Positions 10,582 to 24,343 of a DNA stretch of 64,000 nucleotides are shown one piece after another. The stretch covers positions 6,758,001 through 6,822,000 of the forward strand of contig JBHGNT010000020.1 in the NCBI GenBank assembly GCA_043228905.1, written 5' to 3'. Every line of letters starts with the position of its first letter. The first letter of the stretch is position 1. The notes below the pieces were generated by a model. The model saw only the letters and a program-made list of their open reading frames with translations, did not search any database and had not been told where the DNA came from. The DNA comes from Azolla caroliniana (Eukaryota > Plantae > Polypodiophyta). The position numbers and the translations under genes were made by a program.

Positions 10582-12091
10582 GAATTGTTTTGATACTATA
10601 TATCATACCCAACGCTTTGCGCTTGGTCGTGGAGTAATTGCGTTCAATGACTGAAAGCTTCTGGCTCGAGTAATAGATTGGCCAATATCAATTTGGTTCA
10701 GTCAACTGCATAAGAGCATTGCCGATCACTATTTCCAATGCATCTACGAACACGTGGAACGGTTGTGTCCAATCCGGTGGTTGTACGACCGGTGCCTCAG
10801 TTAGCATGACCTTTAAGGCCATGTACGCCTTGTCCTCCGTTTCGGTCCAACTGAATGGTGTTCGATGCACCGCCGCATGCAACGGTGTCACAAAGTTCTC
10901 TAGGTGGCACAACATGCGATTGTGCCAGCGGATCTATCCCAGGAATCGACTTAGGGCCTTCGCGTTCTTTGGGGTCGGGGCCTCAATGATGGCCTTGATC
11001 TTCCTTGGATCAACTGAAATGCCTTCACGGCTTACTATGCGTCCGAGGAGAGCACCAATTGTCACGCCAAATGCTCATTTGGCGGGATTGAGGCTGAGTT
11101 GTGCTGAGCGGCATCGCTCTAAGCAAAACCGTAAGTGCCGTAGGTACTCGTCCCGCACCCCATACATTGCAAAATTGTCGAGGAAAACCTGCATAAAGGC
11201 TAGTATGTAGTCGCCGGAAATTTCTGTGATGATGCGCTGAAATGTCGCAAGCGCCGTTTTAAGCTCGAACATCATCACTACGGCTACGAATATAGCCCAC
11301 TTTGTCACGAAAGTTGTCTTCTCTTGATCGTCGGGATGCATACGGATCTGATTGTAGCCGCTGAAGCCACCTAGAAAATTGTACATTTCGTCCCTGGCTA
11401 CGGCGTCGAGTACGCCATCCATGAATGGCAAGGAAAAGCATTTGTTATGGTTACCGCATTCAGTTTACGATAGTCGACGCAGACTCGAATTTTACCATTC
11501 TTCTTCGGTACGATGACAATTGGAATTAGCCAAGTTGCGTTCTTGACAGGTCGGATAAACCCGATTTTCAAGAGTTTTTCTATTTCTTCTTTGATGCGAG
11601 CCGTGTAATATAGGTTCATGCGATAATGTCGTTGTTGAATAGGCTTTACATCTGGTGCCAGGTTAATTTGATGCTGGTAGAATTTGGGGTCTAGTCCCTT
11701 CATATCCTCGTGGGGAGAAGCGAATACATCTTTACATTCGTACAATAAGTCGATCATGGTCGTCTTTTCCAAAGGAGGTAAGTCCTTCACGACGGAGAGA
11801 GGACACAGTGCGTCGGAAGTCCCAACATTGATTTCCTCTAATGTTGACGTCGTGACACGTCAAGATATCTCCATTTCTCACTCTAATGCGTCTTGCGCCC
11901 CACGGAGTTCCATGAGGGCCTTCGTGTTGGGTTCATAGTCGTCGTCGCCTGTTGCAAGCGTAGTGTATGTCCCTACCATTTCGATGACATCGATTTCGAA
12001 CAAGGGAATGATGCGAGGGTTCTCTTGCAGATAATTTTCCAGTTCCTCGTCATCTAATCCCTCTAGCATGTGGGCTTCTTCCACGTTGTAT

Positions 12092-12925
12092 TGTGATTCT
12101 TCACACACTATATAAAATAAATAAATAATGAAATAATTATTTTAGATTAGCTTAATAGCTTGGTATAAAAAGATGCATATAAAATGGACAATTATATATC
12201 AAGTTATGTAAGTATGAAGCTTGAGAAGATGAGGGAATAGAATTTTAAGATATCCCAAATAGATAGGAAAATTTCGGATACAACAATATATAAGTAGACC
12301 CAGAACCCATTAGTTTATATGTGTGTTTGGAGCATTGAACGGTCAATATGATCCTGGTTGAAGTGTTCAGATGGACGGATGAGACCGAATTGCTTAGAAT
12401 GGTTTTGGACCGGACGAATGTGGAATGATTTGTTGGGACGTATGGATCATGCACGGGCCGAACATTACGGATGTGGAAGGATCGAATCGGATTGGACGGA
12501 TGTGGATGGATCGGTCGGGACGGACAGATCATGCACGGGTCAAACTTTACGGATGATAGGATCATGCAGCCGAATTAAAGTAAAGTAAAGTAAAGTAAAG
12601 TAAAGTAAACTAAAGTAAAGGTCATGTGGACACATGCAATTGAACATGGAGGCCATTCAACTAAAGTAAAGGTCATGTGTGGACACATGCAACTGAATGT
12701 GAAGGCCATGCAACTAAAGTAAAGGTATGTGTGGACGCATGCAACTGGATTGGAGATTCAAACTAGATTTCCTCATGCAAGTGTATCTTCGAGTGGTAAC
12801 GGGGAATCCTAAGGGGGAGAGAGCAATTTTTTTTTCTCAGAACGGGGAGGAAAAAGAAAAATAGAGGACTGAAGAAACCCTAACCCTAATTTTCTTATCG
12901 AAGCCATATCTCTGTTAATATAACA
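12092..12925. repeat. Probable solo LTR (AT-rich, with GTAAA and CAACTAAAGTAAAGG minisatellite-like units) joining truncated A to truncated E
   Basis: TG..CA ends; homologous to 41439-42442 (both start TGTGrTTyTTCACACA); flanks do not form a TSD. Confidence 0.6.
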
Positions 12926-14100
12926 CAGATGGCTCATTCAACAAATATAAGGCCAGATTAGTGGCGAAGGGCTATGCACAGAAACACGTCATCGATTACG
13001 ATGAGACCTTCACGCCGGTCGCGAGGATGACAATTGTCCTTGTACTGATGGTGGTAGTAGTGGCAAAGGGGTAGCACTTACATTAAATGGATGTAAAGAA
13101 CGCGTTCTTGGAAGGCGATCTTGAGGAACAGGTATACATGGTACAACCCCCGCAAATTTCTATCCGAACGAAACCCCGACAGTTTGCCAATTGAAGAAGT
13201 CATTGTATGGACTGAAAGAAGCCCCGCGTGCCTGGAACACGAAGATCATGCAAAGGTTCCGTAAGATGGGATTTGCCCTATCAAAACCGGACTCTTTAAT
13301 GTTCATTTGGCCGAGTCGGACTGGACCGATTAGCCTTCTGCTATATGTCGATGATCTAGTCATTGCAAGTGCCGACCTCAGAGAAATCAACTGAGTAAAG
13401 TCTCAGCTTGCAACATCATTCGAGATGAAGGATCTGGGGGACCTTCATTACTTCCTTGGGATCGAAGTGATCCGAACCCCCGAAGGCATATTGATCAGCC
13501 AACGCCATTATGTGTTGAATATGATCTTCAAGTTCGGTATGGCGGATTGTAAGTCCATCTCAACCCTTCTGGACAGAAACATGAAGGTTCGCCAAGATTC
13601 GGGAGAGGTGTGTGTTGAGCGGCAAGCTCAACCGGATCCGGATCGGCTGAATAAGCCTAAGCCGGATCGGCATCCGGAAGGATGAGCCAGATCGGTTAGC
13701 CGGTTAGCCGGATCCATCAGTAACCGGAAGCCTAGTAGCAGCCTAGAATACTAGGTAGTTAATGTCTCATAGTTAGTGTCAGACGCTCGTGTGAGCATTG
13801 AAGTACACCGTACTTCTGTCAGTCCGTATGGATTTGTATAAAAGTGTTCACTGAACACATACGATGTACAGAGTAATACAGAGAACTATTATTGTTTTGA
13901 AATAGATTTAACTTGTTCTGTTCTTTCTCTGTCTCTCCTACGTACTGTCAAGCTCTCGATTAAACCTGCGTTTCTGTATTCGGTTTTCTATTGCTTCCGC
14001 ACACTATTCGTTTTTACATGGTATCAGAGTGCGAGGGTTGAGAACCTCTGCAACCAAGATACTTGAAAGGAAAACCAACCAAGAAGGACAGGTAAAACCG

Positions 14101-17100
14101 ATGGATAGAGGCATGGCTAGCTCGCTTCCGACGGAGAAGCTCGATAGAAACAACTACGCGTCTTGGTCCTACAAGATGCACCAATACCTGCTCGGGCACG
14201 ATTACTGGAGTTATGTTGACGGAGCAAATGACACGGCACCCGAATTGACACACAGAGATTTCCCGGCGTGGGAACAGTCGGGGAGCAGAGTACTGTACTG
14301 CTTCGCATCTTGTGTGGGCGAACAACTCTTAAGCTACATTTGGGATGCAAGAATGTCGAAAGATGCTTGGGGAAATCTGAAGAATATTTTTTCCGCAAGC
14401 ATTACAACCAGGAAGCTTCAACTCCGATTGGAGCTGAGCAACCTACGACAACGTGACTTGTCGGTGGCAGACTACACCTCCAAAATCAAGGACATTTGTG
14501 ACTCTCTGGTCTCCATCGATGTAAATATTGAAGAAGCTGATATGGTGCAAATCTGTCTCGGAGGTTTGGCGTCAAAGTTCAGAGCGTTCCGAACTGCTAT
14601 GTGTACAAGGGAAAATACGCCGTCATTTTTCGACTTATAGTCGATGCTCCTTGTAGAGGAGAACCACGCTGGTGCGTCAACAGGTGCACCCGCTGACAAC
14701 CGGATGCTATATGCGGAGGCAGATCGGCCCCGTGGGTGTGGTGGACGAGGCGGGTCAGCTCGCAATGGGAGCAGCTGGCGAGAGCAGGACCGAAGGCACA
14801 GAGAATGTGCCGACATCAGTTCCGGACCCTCCACAAGCAGGGGGAGTCAAGGCGGCGCCAGATGCCGGCAAGAAAAGGCTGACACGGAATGCTGGTACTG
14901 TGGTAAAAAGGGCCACAGAGAAAGCGAGTGCTGGAAGAAGCGCGCCGATTCGGATAGATCCGGATCCGGCAAGGCCGACAGAGAGAACCGGCAATACTTG
15001 CACTACGTAGAAGGATCGGGAGGATCCAAAACCGGAAAAGCCGATAAAGGGCCAGCCTTGGTGATGAACCACGAGGCTAACTTGATGAAGAAGACTACTT
15101 CCAAATCGGAGGAAGTGTGGTACGTTGATTCCGGTGCGTCAAATCACATGACGAGCCACAAAGAGTGGTTCTCTTTCTTGGAGAAACCGGAACAACCGGG
15201 AGTCGTCGAAACCGGAGATGACACTCCTCACCCAATCGTGCATATTGGAGAAGTCCCTTTGAGCCACGTCGGACAGAGGGGGAAGATGATGAACGTATTA
15301 CACGTTCCGACTATCACGAAGAACCTGGTGTCAGTCGGTCAGATCATTGACTAGGGGATGCAGGTGTGGTTTACGCACCTTGGGTGCTTCATCGAGGAAG
15401 AGGGCCAGATTATTGCGCAAGGGTGCATATATGGGAGGATGTTCATCCTTGACACCAATGACGTCGACACCGCTTTGTTTGCCAAAGAATAGAAGATTGA
15501 ATTGGATATTGATCTCTGGCACAAGCGGATCGGCCATGTCAATTACCGGAGGCTTCAAGACTTGCAAACGAAACAAGTTGTTTTCAGTTTGCTGAAGTTT
15601 AGTGGTCAGAAGGCCAAAATATGTGAAGCTTGCCAACTCGGGAAGCAACACTGGCTTCCATTCCCCAACAAACGAAAGCGTAGCTGTAACAAGCTCGACC
15701 TTATTCATTCGGATGTATGGGGATCGGCACAGAACGTTAGTCTTGGCGGGAGTCGGTATTTTGTCTCCTTCATCGATGACTACAGCCGGCGCACGTGGAT
15801 CTACCTCATTGAGTGAAAGAGTGAAGTCTTTGAGTGTTTCCGGAACCTGCAAAGCCTGGTTGAACAGGAAACGGAGAGGAAGATCAAGTGCCTACGGTCG
15901 GATGGCGGAAAAGAATATTTTTTCTGGCCAATTTAACAATTATCTACAGCAAAAAGGAATTCGGAGAGAGTTCAGTTATAGATACACACCGGAGCAAAAC
16001 GGTGTGGCCGAAAGGAAGAACCGGTCGATTGTCAACGTGGCAAGGGCAATGCTGGAGGAGAAGAGCATGCCCCATTTCTACTGGGTGGAGGCGGTCCTGA
16101 CGGCCATCTACATCCAAAACCGGATCGGTAACAAGGTGTCCGCACATGAGCTGTATTTCGGATGCAAGCCGAATTTGAGACACCTTCGGATATTCGGTAG
16201 CATTGCATATGTGCATGTGCCGGATGAGAAGTGGAGGAAGTTGGATGCAAAGTTGGAGAAATGCATCCTGGTCGGTTACTCGCATGAGAAAAAGGGGTAT
16301 AAGTGTTATAACCCCCAGACGAAGCAGGTCCGAGTTAGCCGGGATGTTGAGTTTGATGAGACGGCCTCATGGTATGCCTTACCGGCTCCGACTTCCAACC
16401 CCGACCTGATACCAAAGGATGAGGTTAGTGAGCATGAGCCGGTCCAGCTAGAAGATGAAGACCTCGGCACTCTAGAAGAGAGTCTGATCCCATTTCGGTT
16501 AAGTGGACCGAATGAGCGGCTGAGTCGGGATGACCAGTCGGATGAGGAATTGGCGAGTAATGGAGACTCTGCCGTGCTCTCCCCGCGCAAGGAACCGAGG
16601 AGACGGTTCACGTGAAAAGAGAAGGGGAAGAAGAAGATGCCGGAATACGAAACCGACAACGTTGAGTCGGATCGGAGCTAATCCAACTCTGGAAAGGATG
16701 AAGGTGGATCTTTAAGAATGACGTCCAAACCGGCCAAGAAGGGCCTCAAACCGGGTAACGATAAGTTACGTCGGTCTTCCCACCAGAAGAACCCCGTGAA
16801 GCGGTACGGGTACAATGAGTACATGGTGCATCACTATGCGTACATGACCAAGGTGGCGGAAGTGTGTGAACCGGAGAGGTACGCAGAAGCGGCAAAGGAC
16901 GCAAATTGACGTGCTGCTATGGAGGAAGAGATGTGGGCACTTGATGCCAATGACACATGGGACCTACTTGACCCTTCCCGACATTGTAAACCGATCGGAT
17001 GTAAGTGGGTGTACAAGGTAAAGTAGAATGCCGACGGTTCGGTTAACCGGTACAAGGTCCAGTTAGTGGCGAAGGGATACGCGCAGACCCACGGAATTGA

Positions 17101-17680
17101 CTACGACGAGACCTTCGCTCCGGTAGCGAATATGACGACGGTTCGTGTGGTGCTGGCGGTTGTTGCGGCAAGGGGGTGGCATCTTCACCAGATGGACATG
17201 AAGAATGCATTTCTTCAAGGTGATCTTGACGAAGAGGTCTTTATGACCCAACCCGTCAGAGATGAACAAGTCAGCGGTATGCCGGCTGAAGAAGTCACTT
17301 TATGGCCTGAAGCAAGCCCCCCGAGCTTGGAATGCGAAGATCACGCACCGGTTGTGTAAGATGGGGTTTGCGGCCTCCAAGTCTGACTCTTCGTTGTTCA
17401 TTCGGCAAGGTCCGGACGGTCCGGTTTGCATCTTGTTGTATGTTGATGATCTAGTCATCACCGGACCCGGACTCGATGAAATGAGCCGAGTCAAGTCCTA
17501 GTTGTCGGACGCATTTGAGATGAAGGACTTGGGGGAGCTTCACTATTTCCTTGGGATTGAGGTGATCCGAACCCCCGATGGCATATTTCTCTCACAAAGA
17601 CACTATGTGTTGAATATGCTGTACAAGTTTGGCATGATGGAATGCCGACCGATCACCACACCCCTGGACCCGAACCAGAA
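14101..17680 (+). pseudogene. Copia C gag-pol (gag, CCHC, protease, integrase, RT) with many stops; resumes at 38695-~39380
   Basis: CWYCGKKGHRESEC; WYVDSGASNHM; IHSDVWG; NGVAERKNR; LLYVDDL. Confidence 0.92.
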
Positions 17681-18141
17681 TGTTGTCCAGAGGATAGAAA
17701 TGTAAAATTAGGAAATTAGCAAACGCCGAGTCCGAGTATCACGGGCCACCGACGACTCGGCTGTGTATTAGGGGAAAAGTTATTTAAACGAGGACCAGTA
17801 CCTCAGAGAGGGAGAGAAGAAAAATATAGGCGGAAGCACTAGCTTAGTCCTTCGTAATTAGATAAACTTGTAAGGTCACCGGCCATAGGCCGTGTTCTGT
17901 AATATTTTCTGTCATAGTAATATATCTGAGTTGTACCCATTTTGCTGCATGAGTCTGTGCTTTGATCCATACCTATGAGTTCAATGCCGCCCACGTCTAT
18001 CAAGACCTCGCTAGTGTTTTCTCTTTGAGCCCTGTATCTCTCTCGACGCCTCTGTTACGAGCCTTCACATACCACGCCCTTGAAGACCGATAGCCTCAGA
18101 TCTATCGAAGGTGTTCACCCAAAGGAACGGATAACACAATT

Positions 18142-18154
18142 TGGCATGCCCGGT
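18142..18154 (+). promoter_or_regulatory. PBS, tRNA-Arg type
   Basis: TGGCATGCCCGGT, 5 nt after the 5' LTR; one C>T relative to TGGCACGCCCGGT. tRNA identity is from recalled plant tRNA-Arg(UCU). Confidence 0.75.
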
Positions 18155-18282
18155 TACAGCTGTGGGTGCACAGCGAACTTCGTTGAAGGTAACCACCAGC
18201 TGCCGTTACAACGCCCTCTCGCACTACGAGGTCTTGGCCACCCGCCCGACGCCCCGAGCCAGTCGAAGGAACTGCCGACTCG

Positions 18283-21200
18283 GTGGTCACTAACCAATCC
18301 TTTCCCGATCAATCGGAGGCTTGTCCAGTGCAATCCTCGCCACCGGACACTCGATCGCGAGTTGATTCACCACCAGAACCCCCGTCGAGCCCTCCGGAGG
18401 TCAATCAACCGGAACTAAACCCTTTTCCGGTGCTACCAGAAGACCCACAATACGACATCATGCCGTACCCATACCCACGATACACCGACGGACTAGACGC
18501 GGAGTCACACGTCCGTGCCTTCATATCCACGTGGCAGGCTAACCACTCCATGCACCGCCTCACGCCGGCCGGAATCGATGCCTCGAAGATTGCCGAGTTC
18601 ACACTCTCCCTCGATGGACCGGCCGCACGATGGTACTCTCGCCTCAAAATAGGAGAGGCCGCCACTTTCCAAATCGTGCGCACAAAGTTCCTTGAACTTT
18701 TTCATCGCGAGGTGCCTAAACGGGAACTTCTCCGACAATTCTTCTCTATATGCCAGGAACCTCACGAAACGGTCGCGCAGTTCACGATCCGGTTCCAGGA
18801 TCTCTACAGACAAGTGGCCGATGATGTCTCGGCACAACATATACCGGACACTTTCCTATCTAGTTTACGAGAGCCTCTACGAACGACTCTCGCACTTACA
18901 AATTTCGCCAACCATACTATCGAACAAGTCATAGCGCGCGTTCTCGCCCTCGATCGGAACCAGCACGGCATGGCCTTCTCGATGACATCCTTGCAAAACG
19001 CTCTTCCCCAAGAGGACAATCGCTTTCGCCAAGCCCTCCAATGCACTGCGTGTTCAGGATCAGGGCACCTGGCCCTCGAATGTCCCCACCAACCACAGTG
19101 TCTGATCTGTCAGTCTCGAGCTCACACGGTAGAGCAGTGCGAATATAATATGCTGAACCGCACAACGGCGGCACCGGTCCGCCAGATCGAGCCACGAAAT
19201 ACATACTCTCGGCAGGATGAGCGATATATCTACCGAGACCAGGATAACGACCAACCACGATCCCCGGATCGACGGCGCCGAGACGACGACTACCGACGTG
19301 ATAACCTCCGTGATCATTATCGCAATGACCGACACGGCGATTATGCCCGATATGATGACAATCGCGATGACCGGTATGACTGATGGAACTCATGCATTGA
19401 TCGGCGAAACGACAACCGCAACACACGCAACAATAGAAGACCTAATGACAACCGCCGACGGGACGCTCCTCAAAATGACCAGCGCAACTCCAACGCACCT
19501 CGGAACAACCCACCACCAAATGAGACCGAGAATCAACAACAACAACTTCCACACACAGACCGAGCGGACACCAGCAGCTCGGCCAATGTGACATGTTTTA
19601 AATGTAAGCAACCAGGCCACTACGCCATGCAATGTCCGATAACCAACCGTGGCAAGGCACCCGCGGTGAACAGTATCATGGCCGATGTTCAAATGGTCAC
19701 TACCCGGAGTAAAGCGTAGACTACTCAGTGGAAAATCCAGGATGACGTACGTCAGGCAGGAAAAGAATGGATCGACACGGCCAATAAAAATAATGTTGTA
19801 CGCATGCAAACTGACATGAGAGATGGGCCCAGTGAAGTACCACAAACCTCGGCACCATCCACGTCGTCGGAGGACGACCATCTATAGGATGTTCTTACCA
19901 ACTCCCGCATCTCGCTGCCCCTACATAAACTGCTACCACTCATGCCGAGATTTCGGGACACCCTGGCGGCACTCCAGGCCAATACTAACCCCGTGACGCC
20001 ACCGGTACACCTCACCGAAGCAGGAACCAATCCACCACTCATGGATTCTCAGAACCCAGCCGTGCGAATCATCGTTAAGGGACAAGACCTGCACGGATGC
20101 ATCATCGACGACGGATCTGGCGTAAACGTTATTAGCGAGTCAACGTGTCTCAACCTCGGCTTGAATCAATGGGAACCATGCCCCTTTTGGCTTCGGATGG
20201 CTGACACCCGCTCCGTTCGCCCCATTGGTTTAATCCGCCATCTCGACTTCACACTCGGAGGCCACATGTTCACGATCTTGGCCGTCGTGCTACGACTGGA
20301 GACACAAGGCGCCTACCCAATGTTACTAGGTTGACCATGGTTGCGTACAACGAATATCAAGCAACATTGGCAATGCAACATGATCTCGTTCCGAAGAGGA
20401 AAGACAAAAGTCCGAATCATCACTGAAGAACGAGTCCCCGTCGCCCTCAACACTTCGCCGTTATACGCGGAAGGGGTCCATATGCTCGACGGGTTGGCCG
20501 ATGAGGAGGAGGACGACTTCCTAGATGATCATCCCACGATCATCCCTCTCTTCGAAATCAATGCCTTCCCAACCATCGAGCCATCTAAAGACGAGGAAGT
20601 CACGGAGGAGTCACCACCCCAGGAGGAACCAGATGCAACCACAGTTGCCGAGCTACGTCATGCTCGGGAGGCTTTCGAACGTGAACTCGCCATTTCACAA
20701 CGAGTGAAAGCATCAACCCTAGAAACAATAAACCTCGGTTCGGACGAGAATCCCCGTACGGTGCAAATTGCCAATAATCTACCAACTGGAGAACGGGCAT
20801 GCCTCGTAAAATTACTCACCGACTACCAGGATGTTTTCGCTTGGTCTTACACCGATATGAAGGGGCTGGATCCTCAATACTACAAACATCAAATTCACAT
20901 CTTACCCGACACTCGGCCGGTTCAGCAGAGGCGCTACAGGATGAACCCCAACTACGCCGCTAAAGTCAAAGAGGAAATTGACAAACTACTCTGAGTGGGG
21001 TTCATTCGCCCTGTTAAACGGGCTACATGGTTGAGCCCGATCGTAGTGGTCCCAAAGAAAAACGGAAAAATCCGCGTCTGCGTCGACTATCGGAAGCTTA
21101 ACGCGGCAATAGTCACCGACGGTTTCCCTCTCCCATTCACGGATAGCGTCCTCGACACGGTAGCCGGCCACGAATGCTATAGTTTCCTCGACGGGTTCAG

Positions 21201-23527
21201 CGGCTATAACCAGATAAGAATGCACCCGTAGGATTAGGAGAAAACCGCTTTCGTCACGGAATGGGGTGTTTTTGTAGCAGAAGTTATGATGTTCGGTCTA
21301 AAAATGGCGCCGGCTACGTTCCAGCGCATCGTCACCGAAATCTTTCATGACTACATCCTGACGTTCATGCAAGTCTTTCTCGACGATTTCGCCGTGTATG
21401 GCCATCGACGGGAACACATGACCCAGTTACGACTCTGCCTGGACCGATGTCGCCAAGCTTGATTGAGTTTTAACCCGGCGAAATGCGCGTTCTTAGTCAC
21501 CAGCGGCAACCTTCTCGGCCACATTGTTAGTCAAGAAGGCATCGCTATGGACCCGGATAAAGTAAAGGCAATCTTGAATGCCACCGCACCCTCGAACGCT
21601 TGGGCACTAAGCCGTTTTTTGGGACAGATCCGGTGGCACAGCCGAATGATACGACACCTGGCCGATTTCGCGACACCCTTACACGCGGCAGTCCATCGCC
21701 TTCCTTTCCAATGGACGTCAATCGAGGACACGGCCTATTAGACCCTGAAACGAATGCTGTCACATGCCCCGATGGTCCAGTCTCCAGTTTGGTCTGAACC
21801 GTTTCATGTCTTCGTAGATGCTTTGGACATCGCCATCGGAAGTGCCCTGATGCAATGCACACCCCCGAATTGGTATAGGCCCGTGTACTACGCCAGCCGA
21901 CGGCTCTCGACCGCGGAAAAGAATTACTCCACCATCGAGCAGGAGGCCCTGGGTATGATTTATAGCATCAATAAATTTCGGCATTACCTCTTGGGCTGAA
22001 AATTTACCTTTCATGTGGATCACTCAACCCTTCTTTATTTGGTCAATAAGCAAGCCCTTACCGGACGGTTGGCTCAGTGGATGCTCCTACTACAAGAGTT
22101 TGATTTCCAGATTCAACATCGACCCGGGGTACAACATGCCGTCGCCGACTACTTGAGCCGTCTTGAGTCAGGAGAACCGGCGAAAACAACGTACGACGAG
22201 CTACCGGATGCCAGCCTATTTAACCTGACGACGATACCAGACGATAACGGAGATGAATGGATCACGGAGATGACCCATTTTCTCACTACCGGTGTACCTC
22301 CCGAGCACATGACCCTTGACACGAGAAAACGCCTAGCAGTGCGTAGCCGGAATTTTTGCCTCGTCTCGGACATTCTCTACCACAAAGGCTCGGACGGCAT
22401 ATGGCGCCGAGCGATTCGACAATTCGAGAAGAACGCCGTTCTTCAGGAAGCCCACTAGGGAGTAGCTGGGGGGCACTACGCCGGGGATTCCACGGCAAGG
22501 AAAGTTTGGCAAAGTGGATTGTGGTGGCCGACAACGAAGAAAGACGCTAATGAGTTTTGCCGGTAGTGCGATTTGTGCCAACGACTGGGGCAACCAATGG
22601 AACAGTCACGGATGCCACAGCAGCCGATTCTTCCGTTGGACCCATTTCAAAAATGGGGTTTGGATTTTGTTGGCCCTTTCAAACCACCCACGGCCTGAAC
22701 AGGGAATAGGTATATTATCATTGCCACGGATTACTGCACCAAATGGGTCGAGGCTAAGGCACTCCGAGATAACACGGCGGCATCCACGGCTAAACTCGTG
22801 TACGAGCACCTCTGGTGCCGTTACGGATGCCCAATCGAGCTCGTTAGTGACCAAGGTGGGCACTTCATCAATCATATAATACGTGAGCTTACACACCACT
22901 ACGCGGTGGTGCACAAGAAAAGCACACCATACTACCCGCAGGCGAACGGCTTGGCGGAATCGACCAATAAAATCTTCCAAACCATACTGAAGAAGATCGT
23001 CAATGAAAACAGGACCGATTGGGATGACAAACTCCAGAGCGCACTGTGGGCGTATCGTACGAATATCAAAACAAGCATCCAATTGACCCCCTTTCGAATG
23101 GCGTTCGGGTTAGAAGCCGTAATGCCCGTCGCGTTCCAAGTCCCGAGCCTCCGAGTTCAAGTCAAAGCACGGCTTCCCGAGGCCCAATCCGAGCAATCCC
23201 GACTGGAACAACTCCTCGAACTCGGCGAAGATAGGATAGAGAATATGGTCCAGCTCGAACAACGGCAACGGCAACGCAAGGCTTTCGTGGATCGACATCG
23301 ACACGGGCTGGAGAAGGAGCTCACCATAGGCAAACCAGTTCTTCTTTTCCAAACACGACTCGGGTCAATGCCGGGAAAATTAAGATTTCGGTGGACTGGT
23401 CCATTCTGGATTATCGACGAGTTCAACGGGACGTTCAAGCTCGGCACACTCGCCGGCGACACTGTCAAAAGCTGGGCCAATGGTTTCTGACTTCGACCAT
23501 ATCGAGGGACTACACCACCCAACCCGT
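18283..23527 (+). pseudogene. Gypsy D gag-pol with nonsense mutations
   Basis: Retrotransposon gag; CCHC knuckles (CTACSGSGHLALEC, CLICQSRAHTVEQC, CFKCKQPGHYAMQC); RD-rich tract; IIDDGSGVN protease; RT; RNase H; integrase. Confidence 0.92.
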
Positions 23528-24310
23528 TGTCGTGAAGAATTTCGGCCAGAGGCGGAAACCGGGAAACATTGGCTACATCGACGGGGTGCAGCGTGTGTAC
23601 GCACCCATGTACATTTAGTGTGAATAACGAGGGCACCTTTATGGCGCCGAAGAGTAGTCAAGTCGGGACAGTCGATCCCATGTAAGTCGGGATTTATCCC
23701 ACATTGTAACGCATCCCTCTCCTTGTTCTATAAAAGGAAGGGAACACCCTTTGTGAAAGGGTTGCCCATTTTGCATTAGAGGGTATACTGTTAGGTTTAG
23801 AGTTAGTTTCTTCTTCTTCTTCTTCTTCTTCTCCCCCTTCGTGTTTGTTTAGGGTTTGCTTCAGCTCATCTCCTGCGCAAGACGCCGCTCGGCGCGACGA
23901 GCCCGTGAGCTCCCCGACCGGCGGCTTGGCAGCTGACGACTACTGTAACCTACCTTGGTCCGGCTCGACGCCGGGAATGTATTCTTCCTTTTATATATAT
24001 ATATATATACGTTGCGTCTGTCTGTGTATATTCGCGTCTCTGTTGGTGTCGGGTGCTTCCCCTTTCCTGCGTTTCCTGTACAAAAGGGCGTGAGTCGGGT
24101 TGGCATGTGCGTGTGTGTGCGTGTGTGTGCGTGAGTCGGTTTTAAGCGCGTGCTCCCTCTCTTTCTCTCTCTCCCTTCGATCGCTTCCGGTGTTCTTCTG
24201 GGATCCCCCGGAAACGGTGAAGCACGACTTCCTACGCTCCGTCACTCCCTAGTCCAAGACCCCCGTGGTCCCGCCTTTCTCCACGCACGCGCGTAACAAC
24301 GCAACATATT

Positions 24311-24328
24311 TGGTGAACCCGACGTGAA
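24311..24328 (+). promoter_or_regulatory. PBS, tRNA-Trp
   Basis: TGGTGAACCCGACGTGAA, complementary to the recalled plant tRNA-Trp 3' end TTCACGTCGGGTTCACCA. Confidence 0.85.
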
Positions 24329-24343
24329 AGGCGGCAAGGGAGG

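Larger units (their letters stand above)
2324..12091 (-). mobile_element. Degenerate non-chromovirus Ty3/Gypsy element A, interrupted by B and internally deleted
   Basis: Minus-strand RT (KKNGKIRVCVDYRKLN, MQVFLDNF), RNase H (FHVFVDA), integrase C-terminus (GKLRFWWTGPY) and extra ORF. The RNase H text ALGMIYS..LLGRKFLFHVDH is contiguous across B once the GAATT TSD is removed. Confidence 0.88.

Noticed and set aside
12101-12115. CACTA or Helitron terminus
   Set aside because: No matching TAGTG end or 3' hairpin-CTRR; shared TG..CA boundaries with 41439-42442 fit an LTR better.
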